Below are positions 51,201 to 62,146 of a stretch of DNA of 64,000 nucleotides, piece after piece. Positions within the stretch are counted from its first letter, which is position 1, and each line of letters opens with the position of its first letter. The stretch is taken from NCBI GenBank assembly GCA_903813345.2, contig CAIIXF020000001.1, positions 7,192,001 to 7,256,000 of the forward strand, in the 5' to 3' direction. The notes under the pieces were generated by a model that was not told where the DNA came from, ran no database searches, and saw nothing but the letters and a program-made list of their open reading frames with translations. The position numbers and the translations under genes were made by a program. The stretch is from Owenia fusiformis. Taxonomy: Eukaryota.

Positions 51201-54200
51201 GTCTGGTGCAACGGAATTGCTTGCTGCTCAAGCTAGAAAATCATGTAATATGCTTAAGGTAATGTTCAAAAAATGTTCAACTATTGAGCCAAGTGTTGCA
51301 TTCAAACTTTTTGACAGTATGGTAACACCAATTTTGCTGTATGGGTCAGAAATTTGGGGCTATTATAATGTAAACTCAATTGAAAAGGTCCAAATAAATT
51401 TTTGTAAATTTTTATTGAAGTTAAGGGATAATACTCCAAATGCCACAGTACTAGGTGAAGTAGGGAGATACCCTATGGAAATACTTTATAAAGCAAGATG
51501 TATCAAATTTTGGTTAAAAATTATAATGATGCAAGATACAAGATATCCTAAGCGTGTTTACAGTATGCTATATAATCTAGATGGAGCAGGCAGAGTAACC
51601 TGGGCAACAAAAATTAAAGAGGTATTGAACAATCTAGGTTTTGGATATGTGTGGTTAGCTCAAGGAGTTGGAAATGAAAATTTATTTTTGTTACATTTTA
51701 AGCAAAGATTAAAAGACTGTGCATATCAAAATTGGTTAACCAGCACACAAAACTCAGCAAAGCTCCAGCATTATTGTATTTATAAGACTAAGTTAGAATG
51801 TGAAAAATATTTATCTTGTATTAAACATTTCAAGCATAGAAAAGCATTAACACAATTTAGATGTGGAGGTCATAACCTGCAAATTGAGGTAGGACGATGG
51901 GAAAATATTCCAAGAGAGCTACGTCTTTGTAAATACTGTTTAACAAATGATAAAAACATTGTAGAAGATGAATTCCATTTTATCATAGAATGCCCATTGT
52001 ATGAGTTTTTAAGGAATAACTACCTATCAACTCTTGTTCATTATAATATAAATGAATTTTATAAATTAATGTCATCAAACAATGAAGAAATAATTTGTAG
52101 TTTTGCATGTTTTCTTTATCATAGTTTCAAATTAAGATCATTATTTCTATCAGATCTTGAATAATCATAAAAGTAAGTAATATTCATGATTAGGCCATCA
52201 GCTTCACCCCAAAATTTAGGTTATCGGTATCAAATCAGGGGAATAATCGCCATAGTGATTTTTGGGAAGGTTAAGACCTCTAGAGTAAGAAACTATGTGA
52301 TAGCATTGCAACAATTGTAGCTAAATGGGTATTATCACCCATTTTTCAAAATGGCCGCCGGTGCACATGTTACAATATAAGAGTGAGTATGTCTAAGCAC
52401 ACTGAGATGCAGAAACTGTGACTTTAGGGTCTATGTTAAGGTTTAAGGAGTCAAGGATTTCATTTATGCCAAAATCTAAGTCATCAAGCAATTAGTTCTT
52501 ATAGAAATCCAAGATGGCCACCAAAATGGGTGCCAAAATGAACACCTGTATGTAACCATTGATTTAAGCTCGAAGAACAGTTAAGAACAGTGATTTTGGA
52601 GATCATGTCATAGTTCTAGAGTCAAGGACTTCATTTATGTCTAAATCAGAGTCTTCAAATAATTACCTTTTCATAGAAATACAAGATGGCCACCAAAATG
52701 GGTGCCAAAACGAATATGTGACTATTGATTTAAGCTCAAAGAACAGTGATTTTGGAGATCATGTCATGGTTTTAAGGTTCAAGGATTCCATTTATGTCTA
52801 AATCTAAGTCATCAAACAATTACTTTTTATAGAAATCCAAGATGGCCACCAAAATGAATGCCAAAATGAATATGCAACTATTGATTTAAGCTAAAAGAAC
52901 AGTTAAGAACAGTAATTTTGGAGACTCTGCCTGTTTTGTAGGGGCCAAGGATTTCATTTATGTCTAAATCTTTAGTAATCAAATAATTTCTTTATATAGA
53001 AATCCAAGATAGCCACCAAAATGGGTGCTGAAATGAATATGTAACTATTGATTTAATAAGCTAAAAGAACAGTAAAGAACAGTAATTTTGGTGACTCTGT
53101 CTATTTTGTAGGGGCCAAGGATTTCATTTATGTCTAAATCTATAAGTAATCAAATAATTACTTTTTATAGAAATCCAAGATGGCCTCTAAAATGGGTGCT
53201 GAAATGAATATGTAACTATTGATTTAAGCTCAAAGAACAGTGATTTTGGAGATCATGTCTTGGTTTTAAGGGTCAAGAATTTCAATTTTGTCTATAATTA
53301 AGGCATTCCTTTATTTTGATATCCAAGATGGCCACCAAAATGGCTGCAGTCACGATTTTGAGGACTGATTAAAATGTTTATTTTCATCAAACTCTTTCTG
53401 GTGTATGATACACTTGTCTTTGAGGAATTTCTTGTGCTTGATCTTCTCCATCCAATAATCTACTTCTTCGTATGGGCAGTCAACTTCTTTCTATAGTCAA
53501 TGTTTATGATACTGAGCCACCACAAAACTAAGGGAAAGGAAGGCAAATTACAGTAATATTGCTAATGCGATGATTATACCTAAGATTTTATTACGCAAAT
53601 GTTTATGTAATTGTTTTTTCTTATTTGACCTTTTATAATATTAACACTCTGGCATCCATCTTTAATTCTGATATTAATCACAGATTGTTTCATGGAATAG
53701 CTCTATATAACTGAAATTTTTGACCTCCTTAAAGTAAACATTGCTTACAAAATTATTGTTCTTGGTGATCTATGTGGTTAACTGGATAGTTATACGAATT
53801 CATTTTGGCAGCCATTTTGGAGGCCATCTTGCATATCCATATAAATAAAATATTTGTTAATTTTATTAAAGACAAAATTAAAATCATTGACCACACAAAC
53901 TTGAAAAATCAAAAATTAATGTTCTAACTTCTCTATATGTTAAGATAATAAATCTTATTTTCACTTCGGCAGCAATGTTGGAAGTCACCTTGGATCCAAA
54001 TGAAGGAATTATTTATAGTTTTAGACGTAACTGAAATTCTTGATGCCAAAAATCTTGACATGGTCTCAGATTACTGTTATAAACTTCTTTGAGCTTAAAT
54101 CAACATTTGCTTGTTATTGCAGGCACCCATTTTGGTGACCATCTTGGATTTCTATGAAAAGCAATTATTTTGTTGACTCGGATTTAGACATAAATGAAAC

Positions 54201-55606
54201 CCTTGACCCTTAAGACCTAGACATTGTCTTCAAAATCACTGTTCTCAACTGATTTTTGAGCTTAAATCAATCAGTTAAATATTCATTTTGGCACCCATTT
54301 TGGTGGCCATCTTGGTTTTCTATATAAAGTAATTGTTTGATGACTTAGATTTAGACATAAATAAAATCAGCAGACATGTGCTCCAAAATCACTGTTCTTA
54401 ACTGTTCTTTGAGCTTAAATCAATAGTTGAATATTCATTTTGGCACCCATTTTGGTGGCCATCTTGGAATTTTTATTTAAAGTAATTGTTTGATGACTTA
54501 GATTTAGACATAAGTCAAATCCTTGACCCTTAGAACCTAGATATGGTCTCCAAAATCACTGTTCTTAACTGTTCTTGGAGCTTAAATCAATAGTTACATA
54601 TTCGATTTGGCACCCATTTTGGTGGCCATCTTGGAATTTTTATGTAAAGTAATTGTTTGATGACTTAGATTTAGACATAAGTCAAATCCTTGACCCTTAA
54701 AACCTAGATATGGTCTCCAAAATCACTGTTCTTAACTGTTCTTTGAGCTTAAATCAATAGTTACATATTCGATTTGGCATCCACTTTGGTGGCCACCTTG
54801 GATTTCTATGAAAAGTAATTATTTGATGACTCAGATTTAGACATAAATCAAATCCTTGTCCCCTAAATCGTAGACATGGGCTCCAAAATCACTGTTCTTA
54901 AGTGTTTATGGCATAAACAGTAGTTACATATTCGTTTTTGCACCCATTTTGGTGGCCATCTTGGATTTCTATAAGAAACAATTGTTTGATGAATTAGATT
55001 TAGATATAAATCAAATCCTTAACCCCAAAAACCTAGACATAGGTCCTAAAATCACAGTTTTTGCATCTCAGTGTGCTTAGATATACCCACTCTTATATTG
55101 TGACATGTGCTCTGGCGGCCATTTTGAAAAATGGGTGATAACACCCATTTAGCTACAACTGTTACAATGCTATCACATATTTTCTTACTCTAAAGATCTT
55201 AACCTTCCCAAAAATCACTATGGCGATTATTCCCCTAATTTGATACCGACCAACCCCCCAGGCTGATGGCCTAGATGCCATCTATAATATGTGTACTGTA
55301 TACTAACTAAAATGTATATGGGCCTAAGGCCTTAAATATATGAAATAAATACTATACTACTATACATTTTTTCAGTATAGCAGAGTAAACTCATATTAGA
55401 TTAAGTTTAACATGTTCATTATTTGGCACTAGGTAAAGTGGATGACAGAGGAAGACTGGAGAAGTGAAGACCTGACAGAACTGATTGACTTGTTGAACAA
55501 GGTCAGCAGAGACAATAGGATGGCACAACAAGGCAAACAACCTGTAGATGAGAGCGACCAACTGGATGGATCACTGAAAGAACAGGTAATATTCAGTTCT
55601 ATTTAA
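39223..55606 (+). CDS. Caspase-fold (peptidase C14, metacaspase/prokaryotic caspase-like) protein with unknown helical C-terminal region, ~516 aa. Exons: 39223-39481, 39965-40071, 40248-40756, 41984-42107, 42436-42526, 42796-42965, 43318-43434, 55433-55606 (possible further donor at 55586)
   Basis: Eight GT/AG exons join in frame (phases 1,0,2,0,1,0,0). Ordered motifs: YTLCAGVG, LGVAADNDANLIHSVL..KFDIP, ATLENI, LVFQFSGHC (His 40374), LLAPAD, FVMIVDCCYA (Cys 40518), YILASCSSKQKS, NGFFTYFLV. Confidence 0.8.
39602..39850. mobile_element. MITE-like inverted-repeat element with TAG start and internal hairpin
   Basis: TAGCATCCTC...GAGGATGTTA termini; central gctgtcgcaa/ttgcgacagc stem; no clear TSD. 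Confidence 0.5.
43646..43905. mobile_element. 260-bp unclassified insertion in the LINE with 9-bp TSD
   Basis: CTCCAGGAC at 43637-43645 and 43906-43914. Removing it restores KSPGPSG. No TIR seen; short internal duplications. Confidence 0.8.
44874..45360. mobile_element. Kolobok-like MITE (TTAA TSD) carrying a tRNA-derived sequence
   Basis: TTAA|ACCTGCACATCGCTCCAAAACGCAAT...ATTGCGTTTCGGAGCGTAGTCCAGCT|TTAA. Confidence 0.7.
45013..45082 (-). pseudogene. tRNA-Gly-derived pseudo-tRNA / Pol III promoter
   Basis: - strand GGTGGTGTAGCGGTAGAATTCTCGCTGAGCACGCGGGAGGCCCGGGTTCGAATCCCG closely follows eukaryotic tRNA-Gly(GCC). A and B boxes are intact and a T11 terminator follows, but the acceptor stem is unpaired and the anticodon loop altered. 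Confidence 0.75.
46012..46331 (+). mobile_element. tRNA-derived SINE
   Basis: A box TGGCCTAGTGG, B box GGTTCAAACC, ~220-bp body, AATAAAAA + (AT)n tail. Confidence 0.7.
46403..48050. repeat. Fragments of one repeat family in inverted orientation
   Basis: 46403-46514 is the reverse complement of ~47939-48050, and 46880-46950 of ~47840-47911 (gggcagatata motifs). Confidence 0.65.
48127..48695. mobile_element. MITE with CCCGGGGGG termini, 8-bp TSD and internal ~30-bp tandem repeats
   Basis: TIR CCCGGGGGGTTCACT; TSD CCTATAAC at 48119-48126 and 48696-48703; internal unit ggaccaatgccataccaaatgtccaaatat. Confidence 0.9.
50340..52164 (+). CDS. Reverse transcriptase + C-terminal Zn-binding region of the LINE (uninterrupted ORF fragment)
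   Basis: Corresponds to ORF track 50275-52164, whose first ~21 codons derive from the inserted TIR element. YADD catalytic motif intact; endonuclease domain absent because of 5' truncation. Confidence 0.85.
52191..55273. mobile_element. 3.08-kb foldback DNA transposon with TAG...CTA termini, 3-bp TSD and arms built of ~170-bp tandem repeats (Academ-like)
   Basis: TAGGCCATCAGC...GCTGATGGCCTA; TSD GAT at 52188-52190 and 55274-55276. CCAAGATGGCCACCAAAATGG repeats face opposite ways in the two arms. It interrupts the LINE 3' UTR. Confidence 0.9.
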
Positions 55607-56485
55607 TGAAGTGATTAAGAAGTTTCAGAGATGAAATTGCCATGATCGTTATGGCAATAAGTGTTAATGTTGATGCAATCTAAATTGTTTCTAGAAAACC
55701 CTAGCCAGTGGCACATAGAATTTATCTCCAATATTATCCCCCACATTCTGACACTATATGTTTTGCCTTAACCTTCGAATTTCCTTATGTGTAAGTAGAA
55801 GAGGGAGGAGTTGAGGGACTGAGGTATCTCATGGGTCAAAATGATTTTTAAAAACCTTTTTATAAAAGAGCCATATTTCTATTTGGGAATGTAGGGTTAT
55901 AGAAAGGTGAGGTCTTTTTGGCCAGAAATATGGCATAAATAGCCAAATGTGGACTGCATTGATGGCAAATATGAACTGATCGGATAATGATTTATTTTTC
56001 CAGATCTATATGACTCTAGAAAGCATCCAGGAAGAAATGAAAGCAACATTTTTGCCACCATTACTTGGAGACCACTAAGAACCAGGAAATGCATTTGATT
56101 AGAACTTTCAAATTTACAATCTTCTACTTAAGAGGCATATACTGTTACACTTGCCAATTGGTGTAAAATCTGAACATTATTTTGATGCTTGAAATGCATT
56201 GTTTGAACATTATTTTGACACCCACCTTCCTTGTGGAGTGAGCTTGTCTAAAGTATACTCCCTGTGCACAATACTAGTACATTGTATGTAAAACCAACCA
56301 ACATAAAGTAGAGCACATTTTAACCCATTGCAGTAGCAGCATATCTCATGTACATTCAATTAGGGATTTTAAAGCCCCATACATAGGTTGAAAATGTACT
56401 TTTTAGAAATCCATATTTGCATTTCATATTTACAACTTTCCATGCTGCTTTTAATCAGTTGTATATTTATAATTATTATCAATTA

Positions 56486-57040
56486 CCTTGTTTTATGTGT
56501 AATGTGCAATATGTAATTTGATATTTACCTCAAGTGTATGCTTATTTGATATTAAACTGTACTGTACTGCACTGTACTGTACTGTACTGTACTGCACTGC
56601 ACTGCACTGCACTGTACTGTACTGTACTGTACCATACAATGACATTGATGAATGAAAGAACTACAATAGCGCTATCTATCCCATCATGATACATTAATGT
56701 GTTGTAGAATAGTAGTGAGAGATGTAGTGCTACATTGAAGTGATATTATTCAACATTGTGAAATCATTCCTTGTTTTATGTGTAATGTGCAATATGTAAT
56801 TTGATATTTACATCAAATGTGTGCTTATTTGATATTAAACTGTACTGTACTGTACTGTACTGTACTGTACCGTACTGTTCTGTTCTGTTCTGTACTGTAC
56901 TGTACTGTACTGCAACCATACAATGATATTGATGAATGAAAGAAAGAACTGCAGTAGCGCTATCCCATCATGATACAATAATGCATTATAGAATAGTAGT
57001 GAGCGATGAAGTGATATTATTCAAAATTATAAAATCATTC
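56486..57040. repeat. ~283-bp tandem duplication, each copy containing ATTAAA + (ACTGT)n microsatellite
   Basis: Copies start with ccttgttttatgtgtaatgtgc at 56486 and 56769 and end with aaatcattc. Confidence 0.9.
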
Positions 57041-59573
57041 TTTTATTGATATTAGATGCTGTTCCATTTTGTCCAAGATTAATCTAAGCCTATGACCTAT
57101 GTCATCGGAAGCAATACAATTGTATATAAAATAGTATTACCATAGAAGTATACAATATTGCTTTCCTGATGATATATTCATGCCTTATGGATATTAAATG
57201 ATGTAATTTCTCATTAATTTTACTCTAGAATATACTGTAGTAGTAATTTGAATCATAACCAGACAAGCTTGAAAATCCAACGATTATCATGTAATAGCCT
57301 ACGAACTGTTGGCCATTTTACAAAATAGGCATGATTGTAGCATTGTAAGTTATTCTTAGGAAGTTAGTCGCAATTTGTCTCTAGTTTTTGTTTCATCTTA
57401 AATATTACTGTAAGTCTATAATTTTACATTCCATAAACCAATCGACAATTTAAATGTTGTCTATCAAAAGATATTTTTAAATGAATGATCAAATGCCTGA
57501 GTACATTTTCTCAGATTTCATTCTGCTCTAATTTTTGAATTTCAAAACAGCTGATCTTTTATTCTATATTTTTTATGAAACATACTGTATAAACTGATGT
57601 TGTTTTAAACCTTGTTTTATTTTATAACCATTTATAAAGTGCAATTAACATAATATATGTGTAATATTTTATTATAAATAATTGTTTTATATTTCTTTCT
57701 ATTGCATATAATTCCAATTGTAATTTACAGAAATGAATTGAATTATTTCTTTTATGGACGAAACATATTAACACTGACACAGTGTACATTACTTCTCATA
57801 TTATATATAAATCTCAGAAAAATTTCAAAAAAACAAAAATCTGAAATCTGACTAAAATTAAGCTAAAGGAAATATGTGTGGTGCTATTGCTATTGTAAAG
57901 TGACAGTCACAGTGCTATATTTAACAGGCTACTTCGCTGAGGGCTAAACCATATGGCAGTCATATTTGAGGTAACATACTGTAAATGTAAAGTAAGTAAT
58001 GAAAAGTACTGTTGCCAAAAGTAGTTTCACTGAAATAGCCTCACTGTATAACCAGGCACACCACAAAATTCTACAGAATGGGCAATAATATTTCCCATTC
58101 TGAGTGAACACTAATTGAGTAAAGGTAATATTTTTTGGCACACCCTGTATGATATTTGCAAAATACTGTATTTTAGTCTGAATAAAACATTACCAGCTAA
58201 TAATTGTAATTATTTTCACTGTACTGTTGTTTTAGTGTACTGTCTACATGATTTAAGGATTTAAGTACAACAATCTATCAGATGGACATACGCATGAGAT
58301 TAATTGTAAACATAGTTTTAAACAGCCACCAGGTCATTTACATTTTTCAAGTACAGTTGCTGGCTGAATTCCTGATCTTGACACGTAAAGTGCATACCTA
58401 TCTATGTGAGAAACAAGAACAGTGAAAATGGCTGAACTCTTAAAAGATCTCAAATAGAGGGGGGGGGGGGTGTATGGATACATGTAGTTAGAAATTGCTT
58501 CATATTACAAATTGTACAAATGAAGTCAATGGGAAGAAATAGAAAAATGACAATAAGAACACAATTACAATCATACACATACAATGTATTAAAAACATTG
58601 GACTAAAATTCATAAATTAATCCACAGCTGGTTTTAATGATTTGAACTACATGAATTCACATATATAAATTAATACAATTGGACAAAATATAGTCAAAAT
58701 AAGCGTGGCATTTATAAAGTGCAATAAATATGTATATGGTTTCTATCCATTTTACATGGATGCATATACCTATGCCAAAATCAGAGGCTGTCATTATAAG
58801 GATTTAAAACTTTTTAGCCAAAATTGAAATCAGCCAGTTGCTGTGTCATTTTGTTGTATAAATGCTGAAAAAATCTTTAAGCTAAGCTTGAAACTATCTT
58901 GGCTGGTGCTAATACCTCCCACTCCAAGCTATATCTTCCACGATTGGCAAGAATATGTGGAACATTGTTTCAACATTTTAAGAAATAAAAATCTAACTAC
59001 AGCAGCCCTACAGCTACTCATATATTAATATCATCCAAATTGTACAAAAGCATGAATAAAATACAAGGCAAAGTGGAAGCACAATATGTAAATTCTTAAT
59101 ATAAGGATTCTAATATTTACAATTATTGAGCTAATTGTCTTGGGGACACTACACATTGTACAAAATGTTACACACTGTGATGATGTCTCTCAAATATTGA
59201 GGACGTAGTAAATGAATGCATGAGCAGTATCTCAAAGAAAATCAATTTTAAACGTCCACATTTTAGCCACAGATTAAGAGATACAAGTATGGCTATTAAA
59301 TACATAGTAATTTAATTTGCATATGCACTATGTAGAACCAACAAAAAGGTCACATGTCTCATTTAAAAAAAGCACAACATGGAAACTTACGAAACCAAAT
59401 CTTATCGAACTACATTAGATAAATCTTGATATGACTTTTGTAATGTAAAACTCAAAGAAAATAACCTAATATGGACTTGTACTGTGATTCTCAGTACATA
59501 GCCAGTGAAAAGACAGTGGTCCTTACTTCAAGACCAAGTATTTTATATACTTCCTTTAATAGGGTAACAATGT

Positions 59574-60886
59574 AAACAAGGCATTAACATGACAAAATGT
59601 CACCACCTAAAACAATTTGGTCAATTTAAAGCAAGTTGAAAAATACCTCTTTGACTTTTTTTGACATTGAGAAGGTCATTGAAAGTCAAATGTCAAATGT
59701 AAAGTCAGATTTGAACTTCTGAGAACATGTAGATGATTTTGAAAAAAAAATTAAGTAAATTTGAAGCAAGTTGAAAAAAGACCTTTTTGACCTTGAAAAG
59801 GTCATTGAAGGTCAAATGTCAAATCTAAAGTCAGATTTGAACTTCTGAGAACATGTAGATGATTTTGAAAAAAAAATTAAGTAATTTTGAAGCATGTTGA
59901 AAAAAGACCTTTTTGACCTTGAAGGTCAAAGGTCAAATCTAAAGTCAGATTTGAACTTCTGAGAACTTGTAAAGTCAAATTTGAACTTCTGAAAAGATGT
60001 AGATGATTTTGAAAAAAAAATTTGGTCAATTTGAAGCAAGTTGAAAACAGACCTTGTTGACCTTTTTTGACCTTGAGAAGGTCATCAAAGGTGAAATGTC
60101 AAATCTTAAGTCAGATTTGAATTTCTGAGAACATGTAGATGATTTTGAAAAAAAAAAATTAGTCAATTTGAAGCAAGTTGAAAAAAGACCTTTTTGACCT
60201 TTTTTGACCTTGAGAAGGTCATTGAAGGTCAAATGTCAAATCTAAAGTCAAATCTTAAGTCATATTTGAATTTCTGAGAACATGTAGATGATTTTGAAAA
60301 AAAAATTTAGTCAATTTGAAGCAAGATGAAAAAATACCTTTTTGAACTTTTTTGACATTGAGAAGGTCATTGAAGGTCAAATGTCAAATCTAAAGTCAGA
60401 TTTGAATTTCTGATAACATGTAGATGATTTTGAAAAAAAAATTTAGTCAATTTGAAGCAAGTTGAAAAAAGACCTTTTTGACCTTTTTTGACTTTGAGAA
60501 GGTCATTGAAGGTCAAATGTCAAATCTTAAGTCAAATCTAAAGTCAGATTTGAATTTCTGAGAACACGTAGATGATTTTGAAAATTTTTTTTAGTCAATT
60601 TGAAGCAAGTTGAAAACAGACCTTTTTTTGACCTTGAGAAGGTCATTGAAGGTCAAATGTCAAATCTAAAGTCAGATTTGAACTTCTGAGAACATGTAGA
60701 TGATTTAGATAAAATTGAAGTCAATCTAAACAGTATTTGTTATGTTATAGGAAGTTGTAAGAAATTGTTACAGACGCCGGACGCCAACCGCCGGACACCA
60801 ACCACCAACCGCCGGACGCCAACCGCCGTCGCAAAAAAACGGAGACCATAACAATATGTCACCACTTTTGGTGGTGACATAAAAAA
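59574..60886 (+). mobile_element. Helentron/HINE-like element with central ~120-bp satellite array
   Basis: Subterminal ATGTCACCAC, ~9 tandem monomers (59620-60730), GC-rich microsatellite-like block (60775-60830), 3' hairpin TATGTCACCAC-TTTTG-GTGGTGACATA, A-rich insertion site. Confidence 0.8.
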
Positions 60887-61747
60887 CAGAAAAAATGAGT
60901 ATCGAAGACTACACAAAATATCGATCCTACAAATTGCACAATACAAAAACTGTTGTAAAAAGAAGTCTTTGTACATAAAGATACTCAGCTTATAGACTAT
61001 AAATATAATATCATAAAAAAAAGTAACCCATGCCACTGACAAATATGAACTCATGTGTGTGACTCTTAAGGGGCAGCCAATTAAGGGACATTGTCCCTTC
61101 ATTAACACACAATCTTGTAAACACTGTAAGAATTCAGGAATTAAGCCTTGTTTATAAGCAAATATGAAAAAGCCATAAGTTCTTAAGCACCAGTCTCCCT
61201 TATGTCATAGTTGGGTAGCACTATGCCCTGGCTGTAAAAGTGGTACATTGTTATGTGTTAAGTTGCTCATTTGATGTAATTGTTCATTTCTTATGGTTCT
61301 GTCAATAGGGACTGGGTATGTATCCACTAAATCTGTGGGTTCCTGACTGCTAAGCAATGGTACCACATTCCCCTCAACAGGATGATCGGGAAGTATTGCA
61401 TTTGGCTTTGATGAGCCACTATTGGGTGAGACAAGACTAGCCGTCCCACTGTAACCACTATCTGGTTCTGGAGATTTAGGACTTATCAGCTGTGTGCTAT
61501 CACTGAGAGGTGTCAATACAGTAGTGGGGCTAATGTCATCTACATCCACTACTCCAGGGGAACTTTCAATACGGAGGAGGTCCACAATTGACTGAGAGGA
61601 TTTAACAGGTGGCCACTGTGGGAGCTCTGCAATTTCTTCCTCTACTGCCTCATAATGGTAGCGGTCATCACGGTTCATGCAACGTTGTAATGCATTCTGG
61701 CATTTCTGCCTGATGAGATTAGTGTCTATGAGGAAAGTCTGCAAGTA

Positions 61748-62146
61748 CATGTAATACACACATGCATTTATTGCAATGTTCATGTAATACACATGTGCAT
61801 TTATTTCAATGTTCATGTAATACACACATGCATTTATTTTAATGTTCATGTAATACACACATGCATTTATTTCAATGTTCATGTAATACACACATGCATT
61901 TATTGCAATGTTCATGTAATACACACATGCATTTATTTCAATGTTCATGTAATACACACGTGCATTTATTTCAATGTTCATGTAATACACATGTGCATTT
62001 ATTTCAATGTTCATGTAATACACACATGCATTTATTTTAATGTTCATGTAATACACATATGCGTTTATTTCAATGTCCATGTAATAAACACATGCATTTA
62101 TTGCAATGTTCATGTTATACACACATGCATTTATTTCAATGTTCAT
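61748..62146. repeat. 33-bp minisatellite x~12 at the 3' end of the last ATP13A intron
   Basis: Unit catgtaatacacacatgcatttatttcaatgtt; produces 11-aa repeat ORFs on both strands. Confidence 0.95.

Larger units (their letters stand above)
43550..55365 (+). mobile_element. 5'-truncated non-LTR retrotransposon (RTE-X-like) split into four pieces: 43550-43645, 43915-43978, 50340-52190, 55277-55365
   Basis: TSD CATTTTTTCAG at 43539-43549 and 55365-55375. The rejoined pieces read in one frame (...MKSGKSPGPSGITIEFLKAAPDILFPIFLKLFQTIMNSGIFPDQW...). RT motifs NYRGISLL, FVDFSKAYD, GCRQGCMLSP, LYADD, YKYLG; C-terminal CxxC...EDEFHF..C; AATAAA plus (TACTA)n tail. The clade call is tentative. Confidence 0.9.

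Noticed and set aside
50275-52164. Domesticated or independently active RT gene
   Set aside because: Its start codon and first codons come from an inserted TIR; the element is 5'-truncated, lacks the endonuclease and has an ordinary TSD and tail.
61443-61463. DSGYSGT as a beta-TrCP degron in the ATP13A tail
   Set aside because: It does not fit DSGxxS exactly and the gene copy looks disrupted.
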